The notes under the pieces are model-generated. The model ran no database searches, was not told where the DNA came from, and saw only the letters and a list, made by a program, of their open reading frames with translations. The translations under genes and the position numbers were made by a program. 25,865 nt of DNA from Tubiluchus corallicola (lineage: Eukaryota > Animalia > Priapulida): assembly GCA_030141605.1 (NCBI GenBank), contig JAQGDQ010001777.1:1-25865 (forward strand), read 5' to 3'. Numbering within the stretch: the first letter of the stretch is position 1; the number at the start of each line of letters is the position of its first letter. This document shows positions 1 to 12,516 of this stretch, piece by piece.

Positions 1-537
1 AGCGTGTTTCCATTTCTACGTAATTAGTGTTGGGATTGATTTTCCTGTTTAAGTTTCATGTTCACAAACATGGATATACAGCTGTCTTACCAGGCAGCTA
101 CAAGTCTTAGTTAAATGCTTTCTCACGACAGCACTTACATTGTTCCTTTTGTAAAAATAAATTCTTAAAACACGCACCTCTTAACATAAAATTTGTACGC
201 ATGTACGAAAGGAATAAGTTTAGAAAAGTAGTAATATATTGAATAAACTAACGACGAAGCAAAAAACTACTACATTGTAAAAAGGTACAAGAAATAGAAA
301 CAATTACGGGTATATACAAGAAACAATATTCTTTCTGATATATTGTCGTGATTGTTCTTACTCTTTGTGCTTTTCACAATACACTACTAAAAAGAACTAC
401 AGTACTACGGTTTTCGAGTCTACCAAAGTGAAAAGACGGCATCTAACTGGTAATAAGTGGACACATTCAGTGTCAAAAATTCATGTTTCAAATTCAGCAC
501 TCACTTTCACTAATATGAAGTGTATGCCTAATTAGGC

Positions 538-1815
538 CTAATTAAATACTACGTAGTTCATACCTGTTTCAAAGTGTGCATTCTGTATTGCAAATGCCTG
601 ACTATATGGTCCATCGTGTAGCAGTACGTCGTCACTGTTGCTTAGAAGGACGTCTTCGACAATATCATGGAAACCATTGGGATGCTGCACCTGTGGTAGG
701 AACAAGTCTTGGTAATTTTGCCTTGTTCTTGTTACAGGTGATGTTATTTGGTTGATAGCGATATTTTGACTAGGATGCAAGGTCAAATCTGGGGCAGACA
801 CAACTTCAGAATCGATCATTGTCTCCCGGAATCCACCTCTTCTCGTGACCTTGTCATATTCATAGGGAGCCATTGGTGTGACAGTCTCATCCGGTGACAA
901 TGTCACCTCTCGAGTGGCACCTACATTAAACTCTTCAACTCCTTTTTGATGGCGCCATGCTTCTAAAGGTTCATCTTGTTCGGCAAGAGGAGGCAGCTGG
1001 CTCATCTCAACACCTCGACTGATGACCTTATGATAAACAATTGGTGGCAGAGGCTTTTGTGGCGCCGAGAAGCTGACGTCACAGGTATATACTGGAAATG
1101 TGCGACTTTGTTCAAAATCCATAGCAATAATTGGTTCATTCATAGATTGAGTGAATTCTTTCTTTTCTTCTGCAGGTTCAAAACTTGCATTTGATAGAAC
1201 ACTCATGTCAACACCCTCAGTTACTTGAGCAGAATGTTGAATATGGTGATCGATACTTTTGATTATTTCGGGTTCGGATGCAGGTATGCCGGCTTCTGAA
1301 GTCTCAGCAACACTACCAAATGCTTGTGCAGAAGCAGTTGGACTAAGATCGTCACCTGATGATTCTGGACTAGCGAGAGGTGCCCTGAGAAGCATTTTCT
1401 CTTCTCGTGGATTTTTTAAACTGAACACAGGATTAACAAGAGCTTCCTGTTTTTGTTCTGCAAGCTCAGTAACGACAACTGGACAAACAACTTGCTTCTC
1501 GGGGACATTAAAAACTGATGTCCGGCAGCTAGTAATGGATCCACCTGTTATAAACTTGGAGCCTACATTTGGATCTGATAAGCGGTGTTTACTTTGAGAA
1601 GCTGCGCTATCACAAGTCGACTTAGGAACGTCAGAGTCAGAGTGGTAATCAATGTCCGGAAAAGCAGACAAAATTTTGCTTTCATTGACTGGATATCTCT
1701 GTTTGAGATTGCCCCTTGTTCTTGACCTTCTCTGTCGTTCGTTTTGACAAGTGCTAAGAACTGCATCTTCGGGCACAGTTATGCAAGCTTCGGCTACTCC
1801 AGATTCTTCCATCAT
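538..1815 (-). CDS. Uncharacterised 425-aa Ser/Pro/Glu/Thr/Val-rich, probably disordered protein (single long coding exon)
   Basis: 1.3-kb stop-free frame in AT-rich DNA, with higher GC than its flanks. The track start at 1845 is GTG just after an in-frame TGA (1854-1852); the first ATG is at 1815 (MMEESG...). A good acceptor-like site (ttttctgtatttgtcttaag) lies at about 1899-1918 on the minus strand. No domain recognised. Confidence 0.65.
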   Translation of the reverse strand: MMEESGVAEACITVPEDAVLSTCQNERQRRSRTRGNLKQRYPVNESKILSAFPDIDYHSDSDVPKSTCDSAASQSKHRLSDPNVGSKFITGGSITSCRTSVFNVPEKQVVCPVVVTELAEQKQEALVNPVFSLKNPREEKMLLRAPLASPESSGDDLSPTASAQAFGSVAETSEAGIPASEPEIIKSIDHHIQHSAQVTEGVDMSVLSNASFEPAEEKKEFTQSMNEPIIAMDFEQSRTFPVYTCDVSFSAPQKPLPPIVYHKVISRGVEMSQLPPLAEQDEPLEAWRHQKGVEEFNVGATREVTLSPDETVTPMAPYEYDKVTRRGGFRETMIDSEVVSAPDLTLHPSQNIAINQITSPVTRTRQNYQDLFLPQVQHPNGFHDIVEDVLLSNSDDVLLHDGPYSQAFAIQNAHFETGMNYVVFN

Positions 1816-2789
1816 GACACATGTAACTAATTCAATAAAGTTCACTCCGCATCATAAATATCTAGTTTCTCGCGAGAAGCTCGGCTTAGTGTTTTTAGCT
1901 TAAGACAAATACAGAAAATTTTTACCGAAAAATCAAGTAAGCTATACTTAAGTTAAGCTATAATCGATTCTTTCTGCGATAATTAACACAGTAAATTTGA
2001 AAAATCATCCAAAATTAAAACACCTCTTACTTATAAAATGGTGAGAACACAAACTTTAGCGGTTTAAACAAGTTTTACAGCACGACACGAGGTTTAGAAA
2101 TCCCAACGACTGCAGGCTATCATTTTTTCTCGCACGGATCTTCTTCCCAGGGCGTCAAACTGTGAAATTTAAAATGGGCATAATGTTCGCATTTACAAGC
2201 TTTCGCCGACCAACACGGTTCATAACACACAGCAGAGCAACATGAAGACTCCAGCCAGTAGCACAACACATGTATTCATTCGTGGGCTGCTGTACACACG
2301 CTACTGATGACACCTCGTTATTGAAATTAAACAACCTCCCAGCATCCGCCAGCTCGTTCAACTCAACGTCCAGAAAGCGAAGAAGCGGCCGAATAACTTC
2401 CTATGATTAGTTACAGTGGCGAATTTCGTTGTAAGGAATGAATTTGGACTGGCTTAAGTTGCGCTTATGTAGCATCCGGAATACATATTCGTTATGGGGG
2501 TGGGGGGTATAGATAAAATCGATTTATATTGTTACAGGAGCGAAATGCCATTTATTTTCCACCCACCCCTCTACACTGTAATGGTTGCGTCCATACGAAG
2601 CCATTGCATAGTAGCGTTGAATACCAGGAATGGCCTCGTTGGTTCAGTGGGTTTTCCACCTCAGCACCTGTTCCGTGATGACAACTGGCACGGAGCACAA
2701 TGGATTAGATAGCTGGCGAGTTACTTGATTCTGTAATTTCACTGCACGCCGTGATACACGCCATGATGTGTTTTCTTCACAAATATTTC

Positions 2790-2862
2790 GCAAGTGGAAT
2801 AACGCCTAACGCATACGCATTTCGCATGCTACGCAAACGCCACTATGCGTTATCCACTTGCG
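2790..2862. repeat. Inverted repeat / hairpin, probably a MITE remnant
   Basis: cgcaagtggaataacgc (2790-2806) pairs with gcgttatccacttgcg (2847-2862) with one indel; the surrounding 2760-3010 is rich in acgca/gcgga short repeats. Confidence 0.55.
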
Positions 2863-3027
2863 GAAAAGCTGCGGAATAAAAATCAATAGGAAATAGCTGC
2901 AGAAAAAATAACGCATAACACGGGTCGGATAAACGGGTGCATTGAAAATAATGTAAACCTACTTCATCTATTCCGCACGCATGCGCATTCCGGATGGCAG
3001 GTAAACGCCACTTTAATAATCATCACT

Positions 3028-3095
3028 GGGGAATGTGGCCTTGTGCAAGGTGTGTGTAAAATAAACTGAAGATCTTTGGTTCAAATCCGGGCTCT
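3028..3095 (+). mobile_element. Degenerate tRNA-derived SINE head (Pol III A/B-box-like)
   Basis: Starts ggggaatgtggccttgtgcaagg (A-box-like); GGTTCAAATCC B-box at 3078-3088. No convincing cloverleaf, so not called as a tRNA. Confidence 0.35.
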
Positions 3096-3128
3096 ATTTG
3101 ATATTTTACACTGCTTCGAGGTTTGATA

Positions 3129-3720
3129 TCTAAAGCCAGCATGATACGGTTTCGGTATGTAATGCTTCTAAAGCCAGCACGATACGGTTTCGGTATTTAA
3201 TGCTTTTAAAGGCAGCATGATACGGTTTCGGTATTTAATGCTTCTAAAGCCAGCACGATACGGTTTCGGTATTTAATGCTTCTAAAGCCAGCATGATACG
3301 GTTTCGGTATTTAATGCTTCTAAAGCCAGCACGACACGGTCTCGGTATTTAATGCTTCTAAAGCCACCACGATACGGTCTCGGTATGTAATGCTTCTAAA
3401 GCCACCACGAGACGGTTTCGGTATGTAATGCTTCTAAAGCCAGCATGATACGGTTTCGGTATTTAATGCTTCTAAAGCCAGCATGATACGGTTTCGGTAT
3501 TTAATGCTTCTAAAGCCAGCACGATACGGTTTCGGTATTTAATGCTTCTAAAGCCACCACGATACGGTTTCGGTATTTAATGCTTCTAAAGCCAGCATGA
3601 TACGGTTTCGGTATTTAATGCTTCTAAAGCCAGCACGATACGGTCTCGGTATTTAATGCTTCTAATGCCACCACGATACGGTCTCGGTATGTAATGCTTC
3701 TAAAGCCACCACGAGACGGT
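3129..3720. repeat. 38-bp minisatellite, about 15.5 copies
   Basis: Unit tctaaagccagcatgatacggtttcggtatttaatgct; period 38 (cta at 3130 and 3168); head-to-tail with few variant positions and no spacers. Confidence 0.97.
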
Positions 3721-3726
3721 ACTCAC

Positions 3727-3996
3727 AGACGGTACAAATTGCGCAAAGTTTAGTAATCAGCATTGGGGCGCCACAGTCGCCAAAGAACGGGTTGATGGCG
3801 TACTGCGCAAACGTCATGAACGACAGCGCCAGTGCCGCTGGTATCTGTATCAAAATCTGAATCCAGGAGAAGAGAAACCCTGGTAGTGGACCAAGAAAAT
3901 CGTGTTTCTGCGACCGGCCAAACGCCTCAACGAGATACAGATAACTGCCGCCAGAGGACGGTAGCATCGTACCTAGTTCCAGGTAACATACAGCAC
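3727..3996 (-). CDS. SLC7 light-chain amino-acid transporter, coding exon 4 (270 bp; end of TM2 to TM4)
   Basis: tttacag|GT GCT... acceptor and GTC T|gtgagt donor, phase 1 to phase 1. Translation AVCYLELGTMLPSSGGSYLYLVEAFG...PLPGFLFSW...PFFGDCGAP matches the LAT-family ALCYAELGT.IPKSGG.Y.Y..EAFG motif. Confidence 0.93.
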
Positions 3997-4897
3997 CTGT
4001 AAACAAATAACAACAATAATAATTCTTCGTCTAAAACCAATTTTGAGTGTTGGCAAACACGATTTGAGACCACTTTTAGATCTAATCTCTGAAAACATTC
4101 GCAGAGCTTTAATATCCAAATGCAACTGGTACTGATGTGAGTATCATGATCCCAAGTAAACTAAACGTCTCCGACACTGCTCATTATAATTGCTAATTTC
4201 GAGCACGTGTGACCTATTTAAAAAACAGCGTTTGTTTTCTTATCAAAGTTAGCATTAAATAAAAATACACGTGATAGTAAACAAAAACTTTCAACGTTTT
4301 GAATTATTCAAAATAAATTGATTTTAAAAATCAATTGCTCTAATTAAGATGTTTACACACTCACATTTTATATATATATAATATTAATTCTTTATTTGTC
4401 ATTAAAATGGTTCACTCATTATAATAAAATTGAGTAAGCCTCAGCGTAATGTTAAAATAACAACACTGTTCAAGACAAATGCGTCCAGTGCAGACTAAAA
4501 AAAAAGTGCAAAACTAAGGCCTAATTATATACAATAAATGAACATATTTACAAACACCATATTAAAATATTTTTACAAAACAATATTACAAAAGTACATT
4601 GAATTTTACATGACTTATTTTACACTATATATACGTTTGACAAGACACAATTAACAGAAACATGCTTTACATTACATAAATTTCACTCTTACATTACTCA
4701 CTTACATTACATTTACGCTATTTATACATTTGACATTACAAAACTGACATAACACGTACTGATACTGAAACAAACAATGTTCCTGTCACAATTAAAAACT
4801 ACAACTGTTAATATTGTTATACTATGTGACATGCGCATTAAGGGTTATAATCTGTTCAATGCTTTTTTATCTTGATAAATACTTAATTAACACTTAC

Positions 4898-4999
4898 TTA
4901 TCATAGTAATAATACCACAGCCAGCCCACAAAAGCAAACTTGCTCCCTCGCTACCTGCATGGTAAAGAACTATGTGGGGAGAGACAAAAATTCCGGAAC
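4898..4999 (-). CDS. SLC7 light-chain amino-acid transporter, coding exon 3 (102 bp)
   Basis: tttctacag|GT TCC GGA acceptor and ATA A|gtaagt donor; encodes (G)SGIFVSPHIVLYHAGSEGASLLLWAGCGIITMI, the TM1 GSG motif and TM2. Confidence 0.93.
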
Positions 5000-5629
5000 C
5001 TGTAGAAATTTTAAGACACTTTATCACAATAATTTTTAGACCAAGAAGTGGTGTTGACTCAAGTACTACGCTTCCTACTACCGTGGCCTGGAAATAAAGT
5101 TGCAAGAAATGAACTGTAAAATTGTGCCATACTTTACCTTCCTTATCCATGTTCAAAGTAAGCAGCTAAACCAGTAGATATCCCTTTATTTTAGATTTAA
5201 AATCCACAAATAAAATTTGAACACATATAATAGATTTATAGTTTAGTGTTTTTGTATGTCCACTTCGTTTCCGTTCCACAATGTTAATGTTTTTACATGA
5301 TCCGTAGTTGAGGAATAATTAGTAAAATTCGTAAGGTCGTGAACGTGATGAATTTACCCGAGAGAACTTCCACAAACATAACAAAATTAAGCAAACTATA
5401 GAAATATACACGGTAACACATTGCTATGTAGTGGTCTACCATAAGCTAGCTTCTTAGGTCTCTAGCGCAGAATTCATGAATTGTATCATATTTTGTATTA
5501 ACAAAAACTGATTATCGATGCACATGTAATGTAATGTATATGTATGTGTTTATTGCGAAGTAAATCTATTAAAATCTAACATCTAATCTAGTCTGATAAT
5601 ATAAAGTGATTTATACTTTTGTTCAGTTA

Positions 5630-5863
5630 ATATGTGCTACGAATGCTCTGATTATTTTTACATATTTTACTCAATGTTATCTAAACTTGTATCAAAATGG
5701 CTGCAGCTAACGATCTTCACTGGAGTTTAAATTTACAAATTTTATACAGCGTTATTGTTAACGTATGCTCTACAATGCAATAAAACATTCAGTGTAAGTA
5801 ATATAAAATTTCAAGACGAATTGTTTAAGCTTTATATTTTATGAATTATGTTTTGCACGTTAA
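5630..5863 (+). mobile_element. Right-end fragment of the TTAA-flanked element family seen at 15470-16155
   Basis: tacgaatgctctgattattttt...ggagtttaaatttaca...ttttatacagcgtta...aaaatttcaaga...aagcttta aligns with about 15915-16135 and also ends in TTAA; duplicated at 9438-9671. Confidence 0.65.
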
Positions 5864-5885
5864 GCTGCATGGTGTATATAGCTTA

Positions 5886-6405
5886 ACATGTGTATACATG
5901 TGTATAGCTGTAGTGTGTCAGAACGAAACCAATGATTGTAGCATACAAGGTGGGTTACTGAATGCTTGATGTATGCATTACGAAAGTTGCTATTGTATAC
6001 ATGTGTATAGCTGTACAGCGTCACAACGAAACCAATGATTGTAGCATACAAGGTTGATTACTGAATGCTTGATGTATGCATTACAAAAGTTGCTATTGTA
6101 TACATGTGTATAGCTGTAGTGTGTCAGAACGAAACCAATGATTGTAGCATACAAGGTTGATTACTGAATGCTTGATGTATGCATTACAAAAGTTGCTATT
6201 GTATACATGTGTATAGCTGTAGTATGTCAGAACGAAACCAATGATTGTAGCATACAAGGTTGATTACTGAATGCTTGATGTATGCATTACAAAAGTTACT
6301 ATTGTATACATGTGTATAGCTGTAGAGCGTCACAACGAAACCAATGATTGTAGCATACAAGGTTGATTACTGAAGTTGCTATTGTATACATTTGTCTAGC
6401 TGTAG
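5886..6405. repeat. 103-bp minisatellite, about 5 copies
   Basis: aacgaaaccaatgattgtagcatacaagg recurs at about 5922, 6025, 6128, 6231 and 6334. Confidence 0.95.
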
Positions 6406-6494
6406 CTACAAAACCTCTAATTAATATTATAAATAAAGGCATGCTTCGAATCTGCAAGACACTCTATATTATTCATAGGATTCCGTTCACTAAC

Positions 6495-6668
6495 CTATTA
6501 TTGTTCCCACTACTAGACCGATTCCACTTACTAATCCAATTTCTTTTTTCAACGCAACATCTTTTGCTGCATCATCAGTATTACATTCAATTCCTGCAGG
6601 GTTAGTTTGTTCGCTTGTGGTCTTAACAGGTACAGCGTTTTCACGAAATCTTGCTTCGTTACCCCCGC
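6495..6668 (-). CDS. SLC7 light-chain amino-acid transporter, coding exon 2 (174 bp; N-tail and TM1a)
   Basis: tttggatttttatag|GC GGG acceptor and ATA G|gttagt donor; encodes ...VALKKEIGLVSGIGLVVGTII(G), the canonical LKKEI.L..G...IVGTIIGSGIF start of SLC7 light chains. Confidence 0.93.
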
Positions 6669-7215
6669 CTATAAAAATCCAAACAAAAAAGAACAAAACT
6701 AAATAGATAATCGTACTGGTAATGGTCTTTCTCGCTGTGAGTCTGTTTACATTTTATCTGGATCTAAAACGTCCTGGATGCGTACAGTAGAAGACTAATC
6801 AGATCAGATATCACAATAAAAGTTACACTAAAAATACTAGTATTATACAATACATGCAGTAAACAAACATGTACCACTGTCGGCTACTGTTGTTTACAAA
6901 CAGTCTATTGTGTACGTTGTGTAGAATACCGAGACTGTCTAATTTATAGGTAGCTGACAACTGTTAGTTGCTTAATGTTCACAAGTTCTAGTAATACTGC
7001 AACTGGCTTTCCTACAAACGTGTAAAAAATATGGCGATTATAAATTTACACACATACCAGAAGCGCTACAGTCATAATGGTAATTTAAACAGCTTTCTGA
7101 TACCATTGTTATACGCAACACGTATTTTGTTACAGACAATACAGCCAAATTCGTACACAACGACGTACAATAAAAATTACTAATGTGATCAATAATGGCT
7201 AAATAAACTCATTAT

Positions 7216-7584
7216 TATAGGTTTTACATGTCAAATGTAAACCTGCGTTAACTCAAATGTAGATTTATGTAATTCAAATGTGTCTTTGTAACTCAAATGT
7301 GGAATTAGGTCATTCAAATGTGTCTTGGTAACTCAAATGTAGACTTAAGTAGTTCAAATGCGTCTTTGTAACTCAAATGTGTCTTGGTAACTCAAATGTA
7401 GACTTAGGTAGTTCAAATGCGTCTTGGTAACTCAAATGTAGACGTTGGTAGTTCAAATGTGTTAACAATGGTTTGCAACAAATCTTGAGCGTTTTTGGTA
7501 AGTCAAATGTCCTATGTCGACATTTGACTTACCTAAGTCACATTTGAACTTTCCTGTGTCTACATTTGACATGTAAAACCTATA
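7216..7584. mobile_element. MITE with perfect 24-bp terminal inverted repeats and internal ~20-bp subrepeats
   Basis: TATAGGTTTTACATGTCAAATGTA at 7216 and its exact reverse complement ending at 7584 (the terminal TA may be the target duplication); internal tcaaatgt repeats at 20-21 bp period. Confidence 0.9.
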
Positions 7585-8257
7585 TTATAAGGCGTCTACA
7601 ATACGTCACGCATACGACCTTGCTATATATCTTGTACATCATGTGTATCAGAGATATTCTACATATTATTTTATACAACACATCAACGCTGGCAAAATCA
7701 AGTACATCATCATGTGCCCATTTCGTCTATTGAAGACATTGGACAGACAGACTTCAGGAATAAATGAAAACTGTCCTCAAGACAGGTAAACACGGCAGTA
7801 ATCCAGTACAAAAAAAACTAGACACTACTATGCCAGTGGCTTGTCAGCACCACTTCCGACCAAGAAGTGGTGTTGACTCAAGTACTACGCTTCCTACTAC
7901 TGTGGCCTGGAAATAAAGTTACAAGAAGTGAACTGAAAAATAGTACCATACTTTACCTTCCTTATCCATGTTCAAAGTAAGCAGCTAAACCAGTAGATAT
8001 CCCTTTATTTTAGATTTAAAATCCACAAATAAAATTTTAACACATATAATAGATTTAATGTTCAGTGTTTTTGCATGTCCACTTCGTTTCCGTTCCACAA
8101 TGTTAATGTTTTTACAGAATCCATAGTTGAGGAATAATTAATAAAATTCGATTAAGCAACCAACGTAAGGTCGTGAAAGTGATGAATTTACCCTAGAGCA
8201 CAAACATAACAAAATTAAGCAAACTAGAGAAATATACACGGTAGAACATTGCTATGT

Positions 8258-9433
<1,176 letters not shown>

Positions 9434-9694
9434 AAAATATGTGCTACGAATGCTCTGATTATTTTTTTCATATTTTACTCAGTGTTATCTAAACTTGTAT
9501 CAAAATGGCTGCAGCTAACGATCTTCACTGGAGTTTAAATTTACAAATTTTATACAGCGTTATTGTTAACGTATGCTCTACAATGCAATAAAACATTCAG
9601 TGTAAGTAATATAAAATTTCAAGACGAATTTTTTAAGCTTTATATTTTATGAATTATGTTTTGCACGTTAAGCTGCATGGTGTATATAGCTTAA

Positions 9695-10110
9695 CATGTG
9701 TATACATGTGTATAGCTGTAGAGCGTCACAACGAAACCAATGATTGTAGCATACAAGGTGGGTTACTGAATGCTTGATGTATGCATTACGAAAGTTGCTA
9801 TTGTATACATGTGTATAGCTGTACAGCGTCACAACGAAACCAATGATTGTAGCATACAAGGTTGATTACTGAATGCTTGATGTATGCATTACAAAAGTTG
9901 CTATTGTATACATGTGTATAGCTGTAGTGTGTCAGAACGAAACCAATGATTGTAGCATACAAGGTTGATTACTGAATGCTTGATGTATGCATTACAAAAG
10001 TTACTGTTGTATACATGTGTATAGCTGTAGAGCGTCACAACGAAACCAATGATTGTAGCATACAAGGTTGATTACTGAAGTTGCTATTGTATACATTTGT
10101 CTAGCTGCAG
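9695..10110. repeat. 103-bp minisatellite, about 4 copies (paralogue of 5886-6405)
   Basis: Same unit as 5886-6405, one copy fewer. Confidence 0.94.
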
Positions 10111-10195
10111 TTACAAAACCTCTAATTAATATTATACATAAAGGCTTCGAATCTGCAAGACACTCTATATTATTCGTAGGTTTCCGTTCACTAAC

Positions 10196-10285
10196 CTATT
10201 ATTGTTCCCACTACTAGACCGATTCCACTTACTAATCCAATTTCTTTTTTCAACGCAACATCTTTTGCTGCATCATCAGTATTAC
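10196..10285 (-). pseudogene. Truncated duplicate of SLC7 exon 2 (3' 90 bp plus donor site)
   Basis: Matches 6495-6584 (NTDDAAKDVALKKEIGLVSGIGLVVGTIIG|gttagt) but lacks the 5' half and the original acceptor. Confidence 0.85.
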
Positions 10286-10626
10286 TCTGATGATGTGTGT
10301 TGTGTGTTGTCCACCAACAATACATGTCAACCATACTAATTAACAATACGCCAAAACTAAGAATAATAATTCGGCTAAAATTACCCAGGGCGCCAAATTT
10401 TGGATGGCACCACAGTCTGGAAGTAATTATTTGAATTTTAAGTTTAGTATAACTAATAGGTTGTTAACAGTAATTAAATGAAAGTTGCGTTATATTCCTC
10501 TCGAAATAAAAGATTTCTACGCTTGTCTTACCTGGTTTCCTAAGATTAGGTCATTTCACGCAAACGTTACTGAAGCGTTACCCTGGTTTTGCTCAAGGTT
10601 TATACATAAATGTTTACTTAGTAAGT

Positions 10627-10960
10627 TAGTTTATTTATTGACATTAACACAGTGAAATACACTATAAAATTAAGAATTTTACAAAACAAATGTCCATCTT
10701 GTAAGCTACAGAGTTAGAATGCGTAACAAATCAAGTTTTATCCACTTTATCATTTAAATAAATTCAAACTTTGTACGAAAAGTAATTTGTTGAGTTCATT
10801 AAATTAAACATATTGTTAAAGGATTGGTTTCAAAAATGTTCAGTAAGCTACCAATCTAACAATACATGTTCCTCATCTTGTATATCTCTGCCGCATACAG
10901 AAAGCCTTTGATTATATGGAATTCTACTCCATCTACCAGTTTCTACTTTTTGCTATTCCG
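10627..10960 (-). mobile_element. Degenerate 3' end of a non-LTR retrotransposon ORF2
   Basis: Minus strand from 10946 reads VETGRWSRIPYNQRLSVCGRDIQDEEHVLLDW*, matching the IETGR...RLC.C....DE.H.L..C C-terminal motif of LINE ORF2 proteins; an AATAAA-containing tail lies near 10630. Confidence 0.75.
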
Positions 10961-11092
10961 CCCTATAGTTTACCATAATTGTTTACTAATTACTATTCTT
11001 ATTTTTAACCTTGATGGCGCCACCTATCAAACAAATCTATGATATTACCTGTCTGGCTCATATTATGTTGTATATACATTTCAAAATGTCTG

Positions 11093-12117
11093 CACATTTC
11101 ATACAACACGTGACCAAACTTTGCAGCAGCGCTTTCCACATTGGAGTCATGTAAGAACTCTTGTGCGCCACATTGCATTAACGTCTGCATCGTCATCAAC
11201 ATCCTAATCATTTTTTTTGAAATAGGTATTATTATTTATTTATTTATTATTTATTAAATAAATCCACAATGATCATTACAGCATTGTACATAAAAGTATT
11301 TAATAACAAATTTATTATTATGTACACAAGATGCCAAGCCGCAAATGACCCGAGGGGTACTCAAGCAGTAATTACTTGTTTAGAGTACCCCAAATGAACG
11401 TGAACTGAGTGTAAATATCATGATACGATATCATGTCCTATTATATCAATGTGTTTTTTAATTTTACTTACCAGAAAACTTTACGAAACACCTGCACGAT
11501 GACGTTAATTAAATTGCACATTTCATACAACACGTGACCAAACTTTGCAGCAGCGCTTTCTACATTGAAGTCATGTAAGAACTCCTGTGCGCCACATTGC
11601 ATCAACGTCTGCACCGGTATCAGCATCCTAATCATGTCCTATCGTGTCAATGTTTTTTAAACTTTACTTACCAGAAAACTTTACGAAACACCTGCACGAT
11701 GACGTTAATTAAATTGCACATTTCATACAACACGTGACCAAACTTTGCAGCAGCGCTTTCTACATTGGAGTCATGTAAGAACTCTTGTGCGTCACATTAC
11801 ATCAACGTCTGCATCGTCATCAGCATCAGCATCCTAATCATGTTCTATCGTACCAATGTTTTTTAAATTTTACTTACCAGAAAACTTTACGAAACACCTG
11901 CACGATGACGTTAATTAAATTGCACATTTCATACAACACGTGACCAAACTTTGCAGCAGCGCTTTCTACATTGGAGTCATGTAAGAACTCCTGTGCGCCA
12001 CATTGCATCAACGTCTGCACCGGTATCAGCATCCTAATCATGTCCTATCGTGTCAATGTTTTTTAAATTTTACTTACCAGAAAACTTTACGAAACACCTG
12101 CACGATGACGTTAATTA
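11093..12117. repeat. About 200-bp tandem repeat (3 full units plus partials; first unit separated by a ~210-bp insertion)
   Basis: cacatttcatacaacacgtgacc at about 11093, 11517, 11717 and 11923; cttaccagaaaactttacg at about 11468, 11667, 11873 and 12073. Confidence 0.95.
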
Positions 12118-12118
12118 C

Positions 12119-12152
12119 CTTGATTCCCTCCAACATCATTCCCTCCAAACAT
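12119..12152 (-). CDS. Putative first coding exon of the SLC7 transporter (MFGGNDVGGNQ-G)
   Basis: ATG TTT GGA GGG AAT GAT GTT GGA GGG AAT CAA G|gtaatt. The phase-1 donor joins exon 2 in frame to give MFGGNDVGGNQGGGNEARF. Candidate acceptor cttgcctgcag| puts the exon start at 12210; the frame is also open upstream of the ATG. Not in the ORF track. Confidence 0.55.
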
Positions 12153-12516
12153 CAAGCTGAAGGTCAAAGCTTTCACACTAATTACTAACAAAGAGTGGCT
12201 TCGTTTATTCCTGCAGGCAAGTTTTGTTATAGAAAGATACATTGAACCGCCTAGCATACATTATGCACATGTGCCACCCAGCAAATTTAAATTTAACAAT
12301 TTTAGTTTGCTCTAAAAACAAATAACAAAGTCTTAAAGAAGCCACAAAGAATTCAAAACAGGCTTACACGATTTTCTTAGACAAGATGTATTTGGACATT
12401 TATTAACTCTCTGGATCCGCATCAAAAACTTGTGCTCTCTCTTTTTTATTTGTTTATTTATTTCTCCATAATTACATATTACATTTATAAGAGTTTGTTA
12501 TACTTCTACAGCTTTT

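Larger units (their letters stand above)
5039..6584. repeat. Segmental duplication, copy A
   Basis: 5039-5428 is near-identical to 7858-8257, and about 5630-6584 is near-identical to about 9438-10285. Confidence 0.92.

Noticed and set aside
976-1766. Short ORFs overlapping the 425-aa ORF
   Set aside because: Shadow or antisense frames with non-ATG starts and no recognisable motifs.
2626-2735. Next SLC7 exon after 3727
   Set aside because: The acceptor-like ttacag at about 2731 gives an immediate TAA in phase 1 and no TM4-5 similarity.
3028-3095. Functional tRNA gene
   Set aside because: B-box present, but acceptor and anticodon stems do not pair convincingly.
3129-3720. 38-bp array as a CRISPR array
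   Set aside because: Units are head-to-tail with no unique spacers, there are no cas genes, and the context is a eukaryotic intron.
5860-6051. Duplicated 63-aa ORF (also 9668-9859)
   Set aside because: Lies in the 103-bp minisatellite; similarity reflects the segmental duplication.
10531-10600. Candidate SLC7 coding exon ending CCAG|gtaag
   Set aside because: In-frame TGA seven codons before the donor in the required phase, with no ATG after it.
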